Assembly (NCBI GenBank): GCA_951406725.2
Contig: OX597820.1
Span: forward strand, 52,824,001-52,888,000
Length of the DNA: 64,000 nt
Direction: 5' to 3'
DNA from: Octopus vulgaris
Lineage: Eukaryota
Part shown: piece by piece, positions 26,750 through 40,489 of the stretch
How the letters are laid out: each line of letters starts with the position of its first letter
Numbering within the stretch: the first letter of the stretch is position 1
Notes under the pieces: model-generated
Databases searched by the model: none
What the model was told of the DNA's origin: nothing
What the model saw: only the letters and a program-made list of their open reading frames with translations
Position numbers and translations under genes: made by a program

Positions 26750-27141
26750 GGAAGAAGAAGAAGAAGAAGAAGAAGAAGAAGAAGAAGAAGAAGAAGAAGA
26801 AGAAGAAGAAGAAGAAGAAGAAGAAGAAGAAGAAGAAGAAGAAGAAGAAGAAGGAAGGGGAAGGAGGAGAAGGGGAAGAATAATGATAATAATTTGGGAG
26901 TGCCATGGCAGTAGTATTTTGAATGATCAGTGGATGGTAGCAGTCGCTGTTCAATTCATGAAAATATTTCTTTTGAATGCTTTCTTTATAGAATTTGCGT
27001 AGGTGTTATTCTAAAAAGCATTAGTGATAAAGTTAGGAAGGAGAAGGAAGGAGACGAAGAAGAAGAAGAAGAAGAAGAAGAAGAAGAAGAAGAAGAAGAA
27101 GAAGAAGAAGAAGAAGAAGAAGAAGAAGAAGAAGAAGAAGA
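26750..27141. repeat. Two (AAG)n microsatellites (26750-26852, 27056-27141)
   Basis: Directly visible. Confidence 0.95.
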
Positions 27142-27503
27142 ATGGAGAATAAGAATGAATGTAGATAGTGTGAAAGTAGTAAGGTGTTAAATAACTTAAA
27201 ATTAGCCCGTTATGGATTATAGCAGTGATTGGGACCGTTTTTTTAATGAATTCTTGGGAATCTCTTGAGTGTATCATTTTTAATATTTGCGTGTGTATTT
27301 GTGTTATTCTAAGGCCGAGGGGGATATGTTGATTGTCGTAGACGCGTTCAGAAGGGGGCATGTATTTTGTAATAAAGAGATTTTCTTTACTAAATCGTTG
27401 GCTCCAGGTTGTATCCTCCCTGAATTGGTAGAGGGGAAAAATTCACCTGATATACACACTAACCTTTTCTTTTAATTTTTCTAAATTTAATTATTTAATT
27501 GTT

Positions 27504-27540
27504 ACAGCTGAAAAAGTCTCAATGACTGAAACCGGTAATG
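27504..27540 (+). ncRNA. Degenerate minimal hammerhead-like motif
   Basis: cag CTGAAAA agtc tcaat gact GAAA ccgg TA atg. G8 and stem I mutated; followed by a TA-rich tract. Confidence 0.55.
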
Positions 27541-27814
27541 AAAATTTTTTTATAAAATTATTTTAGCATTTTCTATCTTGACTATATATATGTATGTATG
27601 TATGTATATACATATGTATATGGGGTAAGTATTGTTACTGATGTTCAATTTCGTCCGTCTTCAGGTTCCGAGTTCAAATTCTGCAAAGGTCGACTTTGCC
27701 TTTCATCCCCGTCAGGATCTATAAAATAAGAAGTAGTGGAATGCAGGGTTACATGCAATCAACTATCCTCGCTTATCCCCAAAATCTCAGGGCCGGCGCT
27801 TATAGTGGTAACGA

Positions 27815-27815
27815 C

Positions 27816-27850
<35 letters not shown>

Positions 27851-28773
27851 CCATCATCATCATCATTATCATCATCATCATCATCGTCATCAGCATCACC
27901 ATCGTCATCATCATCATCAACACCATCATATTCAGTTTAGTTTTTATTGTAACGAATAATATTAGATATTATGACTGTTCTTACTATTATGGTAGTTATT
28001 CCTCCCCCACCCCACTCCACCCCTCTCCCAATCACCAATGTTTTGTAGTCTTGTTTCCTATTTTATAAATTTCCGTTTATTCATTTTCTTTTACTGATTG
28101 AAACTATTAAACTAAATTAAATATCAATATTAGTTTAATATAGTAACGCTCCACATAACTTCGGCTTTCTTTTGTGTGGAAATACCTCAATTCCTCTCGA
28201 GTTTGAAAAGTTCTATAACAATTAAAATATTATCTAACACCGGCGTGAAAATTAGTGACGAAAATTAGTTTATAAATAAATTAACAAAAGTGGAGGAGAG
28301 AAAATATATTAAAAGATAAAGAATAGAATCAAAGAAGTGTGTGTGGGGGGTGGAGTGGGGGTAGAGGCAGAATTGTGAGGAAGTAGGGTAGGAGGAAATG
28401 ATGACGTCGATGGGAAAGTAGAGAGAAAAAAGGTGTCGAAGGTAATAATGTTGACGACGACGCCGTCGACAATGATTTTCATGATGATGATGACGATAAT
28501 GATGACGAAGAGGAAAACGTTGATGAAGACGGTGATGAAGACGGTTGATGAAGACAGTGATGATGATGATGATGATGGTGATTACGACCGCGAATAGGAT
28601 GATGATAATAACGACGACGGTAACGATGATGATGGTGATAATTATGATGATGGTGATAATTATGATGATGATGATGACAATGACGGTGTTGAGGATGATG
28701 ATGACGACGACGACGACGACGATGATGATGATTGTGATGACGACGATGATGATGATGATGAAGATGATGGTGA

Positions 28774-28813
<40 letters not shown>

Positions 28814-29020
28814 GATAATGACGATGATGATAATGAAGGTGATGATGAAGATGATGACGATGATGATGGCGATAATGATGATGATGATGATAATGACGAT
28901 GATGATGATGATGATGATGATGTTGATGATTATAATGATGATGATGATGATGATGATGATGATGGTGACGATGATGATGATGTCGACCACGTGACGACGA
29001 CGTCGACAATAACAACAACG
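27815..29020. repeat. (CAT)n tract (27815-27930) and long degenerate (GAT/GAC)n tract (28480-29020)
   Basis: Directly visible; source of the poly-H/I/M ORFs. Confidence 0.9.
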
Positions 29021-29829
29021 ATGATCTAGAATGTATGACCCCAGTTATCTTTGTTTACGGTCGGTCTGATTCCATTTCTAACCCTTTTTTTTCTTCTTTT
29101 TTTGAAAACATTTATGCATTTATTTTTTCTATCATGTTTTCCTCCATCTTAAAGAGAAAACCCAATATACACCAAATAAACCCTAGCTAACCCTTCATTT
29201 TTCTTCTCCCTTCCTCCTCCACGCCACCCCACCCCAACCCCCTCCGGCTAGGTTCTAAGGCGTTTTCTGACCTTTCTATTTTTTTTTTCCTTACACCCTT
29301 TTGCTTCTCCGAGGATTTGACCTTTGCTAATATATTCCCACCACACTTCTGCAGCCCCAACTTTGAAAGGGTCAGCTCATTGATTATGTCTGTCGGAGTA
29401 ATTTTTTTATAATTCCCCTGCTTCTGCTGTTGTTGCTGCTTCGACCGCTGCTGTTGCTGCCGCCGCTGTTGCTATTAGTGTTTTTCTTGTTTTGCACTTC
29501 ATAGAATTATTTTTGTTATTGACGTTATTAATGTCTTTGCTGTAATTACCGATGTTATTTTCCTTGTGTAGTTTATGTATTTATTTTTTTTTCGTTATTG
29601 TGTAGTCAGCGTTGTTGTTAAGTCACCGTTGTTCTTAATCTTTCTGTTGTAGACACTCATGTTCTATTTTCATTGTAGTTGTTGTGGAGTCAACGTTGTC
29701 GTTCTTATATTTTCCTTTGATTTTCCTTGTAGTTACAGCCGTTGTGTTTTCGCATTGTTGTTGCTGTTTATGTGTAATCAATGTTGTATTTGTATTGTAG
29801 TTGTTGTATTTATATTTTGTTCTTATACG

Positions 29830-29994
29830 GGCGCAGGAGCGGCTGTGTGGTAAGTAGCTTGCTTACAAACCATATGGTCATGGGTTCAGTTCCACTGCGT
29901 GGCACACCTTGGGCAGGTGTTTTCTACTATAGCCTTCGGCCGACCAAAGCCTTGTGACAGAATTTGGTTGACGGAAACTGGAAGAAGTCCGTCG

Positions 29995-30074
<80 letters not shown>

Positions 30075-30310
30075 GTATGTGTGTATGTGTGTATATGTTT
30101 GTGTGTCCGTGTTTGTCCCCCCGAACATCGCTTGACAACCGATGGAGGTGTGTTTACGTCCCCGTACCTTAGCGGTTCGGCAAAAAGACCGATAGAATAA
30201 GTACTAGGTTAACACAGAATAAGCCCTGGGGTCGATTTACTCGACTAAAGACGGTGCTCCAGCATGGCCGCTGTCAAATGACTGAAAGAAGTAAAAGGGA
30301 GTAAAAGAGA
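29830..30310 (+). mobile_element. SINE family C, full length
   Basis: ggcgcaggagcggctgtgtggtaagtagc...cggtgctccagcatggcc..aaatgactgaaa. Confidence 0.9.
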
Positions 30311-30607
30311 AAGAGAGTGTCGTTCTCATGTTTTCTTCAAAATCTCTTCATCAAGACATTTCGACAAATTGTTCTCATATTTTCCTTTCATATTCCCTGT
30401 AGTTACTGCCGTTGTTTTTTCGTATTGTTGTTACTGGTTGTGTGTAATCGATGGTGTATTTCTTTCTTGTCCGTTATGTTGTTTTAGCCATTACTATTGT
30501 ATTTGTCGCTGCTGTGGTGGTTCTGGATGTAACTGCTGTGTTTTCATTACTGAGTCCCTGAATCAGTTGTTGTCGTTGTTGTTGACTTGATTATCTCCAG
30601 GTCAGTC

Positions 30608-30895
30608 GTACTGGGGTCGATGTAATCGACTTAATCCCTTTGTCTGTCTTTGTGTGTCCCTCTCTATGTTTAGCCCCTTGTGGGCAATAAAGAAATAAGA
30701 AAGGTTAGCTCGCTGGCCAAAATACTTACTGGCATTTCATCCGTCACTACGTTCTACGTTCAAATTCCACTAAGGTAGCCTGTACCGTTCATCTCTTCCG
30801 ATTCGACGAAATAAATAACTGTCAAACACTGGGGTTGTTGCAATTAACTAGCGCCCTTCCACCAAATTTCAGGCCTTGTGCGTAAAGTAGAATTG
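30608..30895 (+). mobile_element. SINE family D pieces (tail of one copy plus a second copy)
   Basis: ctggggtcgatgtaatcgacttaatccc...gtgggcaataaagaaata, then a second head and core. Confidence 0.7.
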
Positions 30896-32158
30896 AATAT
30901 AAAAAAGAATACTATTATAGTTTTTTTCAGTGTCATTGTGGTTCTTTCGTTGCTATTATTATGAATATTATTATTGTTACGGATATCATTTTTGAGGTTG
31001 TGAGGCTTCTTATTTGTTATGTTGATCACTGGTGTTATCAGTAGTATTATTATAGTTATGCTAATTGCTTTTAGCTGTCGGTGTAATACTTCATGCAACG
31101 TGTTATGTTGGTTATTGTTGTTGCTGTTGTAATCATTAAAGTCTTTGTCATTTTTGATATAACGGTTGACATTTGTTATGTTGATTGATATATTTTTAAT
31201 TTTACAGATGCTTTTGTTACTTCTCTTTATGCTTCGCTGTATTGTTGTGTTGTTGTGGTTGTTGTTGATGTCATCTTGTGTGTTGCACCATTGTTATCGT
31301 GCTATTATTTTTGCGTTAATATTGTGGTTAATATTGTTGTTGTTGGTGTTCTTGTTCTTGCTCGCCTTTACCGCAGTAGTGAGTAACGTTGATTGTATTT
31401 GTTGTCCTTATCGATTATGCCATTTTGTAATAATAGTTGTTTTAGCTTTAGTTCTGTTGTCGTTTGTTGTTATTTCTAACTCAATTGCTGGTTTTGTAGA
31501 CTTCTAATAGTTCATCATTCATTTCCTATCGTTGTTGTTGTTGTTGCTATCCCTATTGTTTGGTATTGCTATTTAAGGTCTATGCTGGCCTTTCTTAATT
31601 TTTGTAAATGTTAAAAGAAATTTCCGAAATATCATGACCCCTGCCCCACTCCCAATTCAGCGCTCCACACGCACCTAGTGTCAACAGCGACACTGACAAA
31701 TTCGTTACCATTTTCTTCGCAGGTGACCTTTAACTTCCTCATCCTTCCATCTTCATCAAGGCATTTTGACAACTTTACAACAATGAAACTTTTGTTTCAC
31801 TCTCGTGAAATTTATTTCACGAATGAAACAAGACTGACATCAACTCCGCTCAACAATCCTGCCATCTTTGTAACCCCCAAAGCCACGTAGTACTCCGTTC
31901 TACAACCATCAACACCATTGCTATTATTCTCTTCCTTTCAGCATGAATATAATAATGAAAATTTGCATCAACATCCTCAACATCATCATTATTATCATCA
32001 TCGTCACTGCCGCTGCCGCTGCCGCCGTCTCCATAGTCGTCGTAGTCATCGTCGTCGTCGTCATCATCATCATTATTATTACTCTTGACACCAACACTAC
32101 CACCACCATCACAAATGTGCTTATGTGTGTGTGTGTGTGTGTGTGTATGTGTGTATGT

Positions 32159-32208
<50 letters not shown>

Positions 32209-33143
32209 TACGTATGTATGAGTCTGTGTATGTATGTAAGTAACAAGCATATCTGTGACATCAGTTTAGGATGTTTCGTAGTGCGAAAACAGCTTGGTTA
32301 CGTTGTCTTGTGGAAGAGTATAGTGATAAGAGATAGTCATATTTTCACGTAACCACAAATAAGGTATGCTAATTGTTTATATTGATTCCAGCGTTCAACT
32401 GGTACTTATTTTCTCGACTGTCAAAGGATGAAAAGCAAAGTCAATCTCGGCGGAAGCTCAGAGCGTAAAGATGGACGAAATGGTGCTAAGCATTTTGCCC
32501 AACTCATCCTGCTCGCCAACTTACAAGACAGGAGTATGAAAAACAAGCAGGTGTGTTAGTTTGTCGCTAGGGGGAAATGAAGAAGTCTTTTATGTTCCGA
32601 GTAAACACTCTTCGACGAAAAGAAATATGAAGAAATAAAAAGAAAGAATGAAAATACTTGTGGATTTAGCGGTCAATCATGATCTCGTTAATCAAGAAAA
32701 ATCGAAGAGCATTTTCAATATATTCATACGAAGCGGTTGATTGCCGTTTTCCAGGCGATTCGTCTCAGGGTTTGCAGTTGATGCTTTCTCACTGCGTAGG
32801 TTTTTATCGATGCAGTTTTATCCTTCTTTCATCAAATCTCTGCACGTTGAGATTGTCAGTAGTACAATTTTAAACTTTTGCTTTCGGTACATGTTGAACT
32901 GCCTCGATACTTCCTTCAAGAACTGACTAATGGAGCATTATTTCTACTTCGGGTTCGTTGGTTTCCTGTAACAGAAAAGAAAGAAAAAGAAAAACAGAAG
33001 AGTATCTGCAGATGAAGCGTTATTCATACCAATGTGAGCAATTTGAACAACATATGCCAGTTACTAAAAAGTTATACCAACCGTAGCATACGTCTTTTAA
33101 ACAAATCCTTACTGCTTTAATACGGTGCATAATTTGACGTAAA

Positions 33144-33462
33144 GGCGCATGGCTCAGAGGTTAGAGCACCGAGCTTACGATCGTGAGGTTGTGAGTTCGA
33201 ATCTCGGACCAGGCTGCGTGTTGTGTTCTTGAGCAAGACACTTTATTTCACATTGCTCCAGTTCACTCAGCCGTAGAAATGAGTTGCGACGTCACAGGTG
33301 CCAGGCTATATAGGCCTTTGCCTTTCCCTTGGATAACACTTGTGGCGTAGAGAGGGGATGCCGGTATGCATGGGTGACCGCTGGTCTTCCATAAACAACC
33401 TTGCCCGGACTTGCGCCTGAGAGGGTGCAATCCCAGGGTCAGTTATGACCGAAGGGGGTCTC
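33144..33462 (+). mobile_element. SINE family A, full length
   Basis: Matches 624-940. Confidence 0.9.
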
Positions 33463-33619
33463 AGCAATTTGTCGTACTGCTCGATAAATCAGTAGCGATA
33501 AATTGACATGTCTAATATAGAATATAGGTAAACAAGGCAGAATAACAACGAAAAAGAAACACGTGCAATAAATAGTGACGCCAATGTGTATGTGTTTGTT
33601 TGTGTGTATCGGGAGCTAC

Positions 33620-33980
33620 ACCAGCTCCGACTGGATGTCGCTACGCTGTTCCAAAGGCCCCAGCTATTCCGTCTATGGTGAGGACCATGTACTGCAATAG
33701 CATACGATTAAGAGGCTCACAACTATTTAACACTTTGCCAAACCATCTGAGGGATGTTCATGAAGTAGGAGTAGCTGTTTTCAAGAAACAACTTGAATTC
33801 CTACTATCCAAGGTCCAGATGGATTTATAGCACGGCGTGAAACTCAAAAGAGGGCAGCAGTGCCGAAATCCCTCCGTCACCAAAGACAATCACATAAGAT
33901 TGGCCATTGAAAAGGTGATTACACTGGCGGCGCTCAAGAATGGATAAAGCCTTAGAGCTGAAACTTATAGAAGAATAAAA
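33620..33980 (+). pseudogene. CR1-like LINE 3' end with 3' UTR
   Basis: NSIRLRGSQLFNTLPNHLRDV..AVFKKQLEFLLSKV matches the CR1-type C-terminus (RGPxLFNxLP..FKxxLDxFL). Confidence 0.75.
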
Positions 33981-34068
33981 TTATATATATATATATATAT
34001 AAGAATTTTTTGCGTAATGAGATAAAAAAAAAACAAAGCTGTGTAGATATTAGAATATTTATAGATAG

Positions 34069-34120
34069 GTCTTACAGGTCTTTCCAGGATATTTATTAAT
34101 TATATCCCTTCATCGGAGAC
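34069..34120 (-). ncRNA. Degenerate hammerhead-like motif
   Basis: gtct CCGATGA agggatat aattaataa atatcctg GAAA gacctg TA agac. 4-bp stem I intact; element abuts (TA)n at ~34000. Confidence 0.55.
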
Positions 34121-34294
34121 GGTATGAGAGGATGGCTAAGTAATAGTTAGTTTAGATAGGATACAAAATAGAGAGTGAGGTTGAGGAAAGAAAATAGATG
34201 TGAGATATGTAGGGATATTGCAGTTGTAAATCCATTTTCAGGCACAGACATACACACATATATATAGATATGTGTGTGTTTGTGTGTGTGTGTG

Positions 34295-34355
<61 letters not shown>

Positions 34356-34384
34356 GTATATATATATGTATATATATATATACA

Positions 34385-34471
<87 letters not shown>

Positions 34472-35466
34472 CGAGCATGAAAATGATGCTTTTAGTGGTA
34501 TTAGATTAGAAAAGTTCACAAATATGTGGTGTTGAATATTTGATTTATCATTTATTTTGTACCCGACCGATACAAGGTCTATTTGAGCTATGGGAAAAAT
34601 ATGTTGAGAGAGTCACTAGAAAAATTAAAAAAGAATAAGCGATTGAATTCACTCTACGTTACATACTGCCTAAGATATGATAAACATAATCATGGAGACG
34701 TTAAATGCAAACACACACACAAGCATAACCTCAACCGCACTATACATATATACATATGTACACACAAAACAAACGCACATCCATCCAACCATCCACACAC
34801 ACACACACACATATAAAACATCATATCGTATATTGATATGTGAATGAACTGTGAGCGAGGTATCAATTGCTCCTGGGACTACACTTGCTCACATAGACTC
34901 TCGAGATCATTTAGTGCAGCATAACAGAATGTCAAGCTAGATACCCAACCAGGAAGTTATATGATATCCTGAAGTTCATACAATACCCTCCTTTTATGAA
35001 AAGTTCTTTCTCCTTCATGAATATCTATAACTATCTATCAAACCCTCCCTTGCCTCTGTCTTTATCTCTCTCTCTCGCTTTTTTTCTCGTTCGCTCGCTC
35101 GCTTTTTGCCCCTCATATATCACGCATGTTGATATACATTATACACACACACACACATACACATATATATATACGTATATACATATACGTATATATACAT
35201 ACATGTATATACATATACATAGATATATACATGTATATACCTACACACATATATATATATATATATACATTGATACATGCACACAAATATATATACACAC
35301 ATATGCAATACACACGCAAACACACACACATATATACATGGACAGTTATATATTTGTCTGACACACATACATACATAGATATGATATATATATATTCGTA
35401 GTCGATACGTACACACAACATGCACTTCCAAACGCACACATGCATACAACTACACACACTCACGCT

Positions 35467-35530
<64 letters not shown>

Positions 35531-35757
35531 CAACATGTAGTGTTAGAACTCAAAATCCCTGTAGTACCTAATTAAGTTACTCAGTGCAAATATTATACGC
35601 TTATTTTCTCCAAGGGTGCAAATATTAAGGGTCTGTGTGGTGGGAGTTCTTTAATGCTTTTATTATAGTCTTGTTTTATTAGTACATTTATATGTGTATT
35701 TAATTTCGTTTTCTTATTTGTATTGATTTTTCTAATTTTTAATATTTATTCCGTTTA

Positions 35758-36433
35758 TGACGGCGAGCTGGCAAAAAACGTTAGCATGCCGGGCAAAATG
35801 CTTAGCGGTATTTCGTCAATTTTTGCATTCTGAGTTCAAATTCTGCCGAGGTCGACTCTTGTCTTTCATTCTTTCGGAGTCGATAAATTAAGTAACAATT
35901 GCGTTCTGGGATCTATCTAATCGACTGACCTCCTCCCTCAAAATTTCGGGCCTTGTCCCTATAGTCCGGCGGAATGGTTAGCGCGCCGGACAAAATGCTT
36001 AGCGGCATTTCGTCCGTCGATAAAAGAAGTACCAGTTGCAAATTGGGGTCGATATAATCTATTTACCCCCACTCCAGGAATTGCTGACCTTGAGCCGAAA
36101 TTTGAAATAAATATTTCTTTCTTTAAAGTAGGCGAGGTGGGGGAACTTTTAGTACACCGACCAAAATACTTAACTGCATTTCATCCATCCGAAGTAGAAT
36201 TCTGAGATCGATGTAATCAATTTACCCTCTTCCTCGAACTTGTTGACCTAGTGCCAAAATTTGAAACCAATACTTATTTAAGGCGGCGTGCTGACAGAAT
36301 CGTTACTGCGACGGGCAAAATGCTTAGCAGCATTTCGTAAGTCTCCATGTTCTGAGTTTGAATTCTGCTGGGGTCGACTTTGTCTTTCATCCCTTTCGGG
36401 GTCGATAAAATATGTGTCAATTGAACACTAAGG

Positions 36434-36437
<4 letters not shown>
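35758..36437 (+). mobile_element. Cluster of about four co-oriented SINE family D copies
   Basis: Repeated heads (cggcgagctggca, ggcggaatggttag, ggcgaggtgg, ggcggcgtgctgacag) with core and tail pieces. Confidence 0.8.
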
Positions 36438-36479
<42 letters not shown>

Positions 36480-36518
36480 AAAAAAGGTTTGAAAATGCAA
36501 TTTAAACGATGTTTATTT

Positions 36519-36559
36519 ACTTAACCGGTTTCACTCTTTGGTAAAAGATTGTCAAAAGT
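36519..36559 (-). ncRNA. Hammerhead-like motif (U3-A8 core), left arm copy
   Basis: Exact reverse complement of 41296-41336. Confidence 0.6.
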
Positions 36560-36579
36560 TACATTTAAGGAAACATTGA

Positions 36580-36760
36580 ATAATATGGGTTCAAAAAAAG
36601 TTTTTTACATAATTGTCACATTGAATATTATGCATTCAAAAAAGTTTTTTACATAATTGTCACATTGGATATTATGAATTCAAAAATGTTTTTTACATAA
36701 TTGTCACATTGGATATTATGAATTCAAAAATGTTTTTTTATACATAATTGTCACATTATT
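36580..36760. repeat. ~44-bp minisatellite, 4 units (5 units in the right arm, 41053-41280)
   Basis: Unit contains tacataattgtcacatt; counted directly in both arms. Confidence 0.9.
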
Positions 36761-37337
36761 TGGGAAAATTTGGCAGAAAAGGATAAAACAAATATATTAT
36801 TGGGAATTGGTTGCGTTAATTATTGGTTGTCGCAAATTGTCACATTACATGTATATATATACAATCTTTGGTATATATATACAGCGTTTTGACAGCAAAA
36901 ATTAAAATGGCTTTTTTGTACATCTCAGAATATTTTAAGTATGTTTTTACTGACCTGTCAGTATTAGCAGAAAGGCTGAACTGAGAGAACAGAAGAAGTA
37001 GCCAATGTGGTGTATACTTCCCCTTTATGCATGAATGATTTTGGGGTTATCAGGAGGTTAGTATGCGGGTGTGAATAGATGTGTCCGTGCCTGCTGGTCA
37101 GACAGCATCTGTTTGTCACACACATATATATACACACAAACACACACACACACAACAACACACACACACACACACACATAGTATACAAACACACACCACA
37201 TACAAACAACACACACACACACAGAACACACACACCCACACACAACGCACCCACATATATCACATATACACACAGCACACAAATATAACATGTATCTATA
37301 TATAACATACACAGATATATAACACACATACACACAC

Positions 37338-37372
<35 letters not shown>

Positions 37373-37976
37373 CACACGCACACATACATACATAATATAA
37401 ATATCACACAAATACACCTAGCATATATATACACACATACAATACACACATACAGCATGTAAGTAATATACATACACAATATATGCATGCAATATACATA
37501 CGTAATACATACATATAATATATATATATATAGACAATGCATATACATATATACACATATACATATAAATAGTGTTTACATACACATACATAGATGTACC
37601 ACATATACACACAACACACATACATACAATGCATACACATACACATACGCATACATATAATATATATATACACACACACACACATAACATACATACACAC
37701 ACAATGCATACATATATATACACGCAATGCATATACATGTATTCATGCACATATAGCACACCTACAATATACATATATACAGTGCACACATACACACAAA
37801 TATATACACTTAATTGTACACGTACATATACAATACACATACATACAATATACATATACACAATGCGCATGCAAATAATGTACATGTTTATACACACATA
37901 AACATGCAAATAAATATACACACACACACATACACACACACACATATATATACACATATATATATATATACACACA

Positions 37977-39229
37977 AATTTATTCTGCAAAACAACTTCA
38001 TGTATTTCCACAACAACACTTACAGACAGGTCTCAGGGACTGCAATGGGTACGAAAGTTGCACCTACCTATGCAAACCTGGTGATGGCCTACCTGGAATC
38101 ACATATCTATGAAAAATCCAAATATAAGTACGGCCAGTCTTTCCACAAATACCTGTTGGAGAACTGGAAACGCTACTTAGATGATTGCCTCATCCTATGG
38201 TCCCACACACTCGACCAACTTATAGACTTCAAAAACCTTATCAACAGTGTAAATAACAACATTCAATTCACAATGGAATATAGTCAGGACCAACTCCCTT
38301 TTCTTGACATCCTAATCATTAAAAAAGGCGTCAACATTGAAACTGACATCCATTACAAACCCACTGACTCTAAACAATACCTTCTATTCACCTCCAATCA
38401 CCCAAAACACACAAAGACAAATATCCCCTTCAACCTAGCGAGAAGAATCTGCACTATTGTCTCAAATGACACAACACGAAATAGAAGACTCCGGGAACTA
38501 AGGGCAATTCTTCTCGAAAGACATTACCCGGCATCACTAGTAGACAACGGAATAGAACGGGCCAAATCAATCAACATTCAAGACCTTCGAAAACCCAAAC
38601 ACATCCACAGTACAGTCAATAGCCTCCCTTATCTCTCAACACACAACCCAAGGAATGCAGAAGCTTACACTATTATATACAACAACATTCCACAACTAAA
38701 TCAAGACCCACGCCTGAAAAAAATACTGGCAGCTCATAAAATAATAAAAAGTAAGAGACAACCTAAATCCCTAAAAAACCTCCTCACCAACGCAAAATTA
38801 CACAACACAAACCCACCGCCCACCATCAAAAAATGTGGTCGCCCCAACTGTAAGACCTGCATCCACCTCATTGAGGGATCGTCGTACAAGTTCCACTCGG
38901 GACACACATTCATCATAAAAAATAACTTCACGTGCGCATCAAAAAATTTACTCTACGTCATAAGGTGTGAAGGATGCCACGAAGACTACATAGGGCAAAC
39001 GAGCCTTACCCTCAGAGACAGAATGACAGTTCACCGACAACAACTGAGGGACCCCTCCACAAGACAGATACCACTAAGTGGACACTTAGACCTTTGTGCA
39101 CACAATAAGTCCCCCAAATTCTTAGTCTTCCCACTATACCAATGCTCGGACAACACCACAGACCAAACACGAATAAATAAGGAAAGTAATCTTATTCAAA
39201 AATACAGACCACAACTAAACATACTCTAA
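37977..39229 (+). CDS. 5'-truncated PLE reverse transcriptase (motif B' onward) plus thumb, Cys linker and GIY-YIG endonuclease
   Basis: QVSGTAMGTKVAPTYANL, WKRYLDD, LPFLD, YKPTD..YL..SNHP, CGRPNCKTC, NLLYVIRCEGCHEDYIGQT..LRDR..H, E..LI..LN; no internal stops. The first ~54 codons of the listed ORF are microsatellite from the inverted arm. Confidence 0.95.
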
Positions 39230-39543
39230 CATACCCCCTGGAAGCACATCCAGAGCAAGCACACAGGGACGCGCGCACGCTCACAGCATATCGTGCGGGC
39301 GGGCACATGCGCGCATCGGCACGCATAGGACACACTAGCGGGCATTGACCGCACACATACGTGGCATGCACACGCATGCATTATATATATGTAGGTGATG
39401 TATGTGTGTGAGTGTTGTGTGTGTGTGTGTGTGTGTGTGTGCACTGTGTGCGTGTGTGTGTATATGTGTGTGTGCGCGCGTTGTTTGTGTGTGTGTGTGT
39501 GCACGTGTGTATATATGTGTGTGTGTGTGTGTGCACTGTGTGC

Positions 39544-39576
<33 letters not shown>

Positions 39577-40438
39577 CATTGTGTACGTGTGTATGTATTT
39601 ACATATGTATCTGTTTTTATATATATATATATATGTGTGTGTGTGTTGTGTGTGTATATGCATGGTATGTGTGTATATGTTAGTACTTTGTTTGTGTGTA
39701 TGTGCGGCATGTAGAGATATATTTGAGTGTGTACGCTATAGGTTTGTAATTTGTGTGTGTGGGGGGTGGTGAATTTTATATATATATATATGTGTGTGAA
39801 AAAATATATGTATGTGCATGTATGTATGTATGTATGTGTGTATATATATATATATGTGTATATATATGTGTGTGTGTGTATGTGTGTGTGTGTATATTTA
39901 TTTGCATGTTTATGTGTGTATAAACATGTACATTATTTGCATGCGCATTGTGTATATGTATATTGTATGTATGTGTATTGTATATGTACGTGTACAATTA
40001 AGTGTATATATTTGTGTGTATGTGTGCACTGTATATATGTATATTGTAGGTGTGCTATATGTGCATGAATACATGTATATGCATTGCGTGTATATATATG
40101 TATGCATTGTGTGTGTATGTATGTTATGTGTGTGTGTGTGTATATATATATTATATGTATGCGTATGTGTATGTGTATGCATTGTATGTATGTGTGTTGT
40201 GTGTATATGTGGTACATCTATGTATGTGTATGTAAACACTATTTATATGTATATGTGTATATATGTATATGCATTGTCTATATATATATATATTATATGT
40301 ATGTATTACGTATGTATATTGCATGCATATATTGTGTATGTATATTACTTACATGCTGTATGTGTGTATTGTATGTGTGTATATATATGCTAGGTGTATT
40401 TGTGTGATATTTATATTATGTATGTATGTGTGCGTGTG

Positions 40439-40489
<51 letters not shown>

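Noticed and set aside
28265-29018. Poly-His, poly-Ile and poly-Met ORFs
   Set aside because: (GAT)n microsatellite translations.
29275-29375. TGACCT/GGGTCA nuclear-receptor-like half sites
   Set aside because: Short motifs expected by chance; no conservation data available.
36580-36760. CRISPR-like regular repeat
   Set aside because: Units are contiguous near-identical tandem copies without unique spacers; eukaryotic context and no cas genes.
37814-37976. N-terminus of the 471-aa ORF as a real start
   Set aside because: It lies in the microsatellite of the inverted arm, and RT motifs upstream of B' are missing.
37977-39400. Selenocysteine recoding as reported for Naiad PLEs
   Set aside because: No in-frame TGA, the ORF ends in TAA, and the endonuclease is C-terminal.
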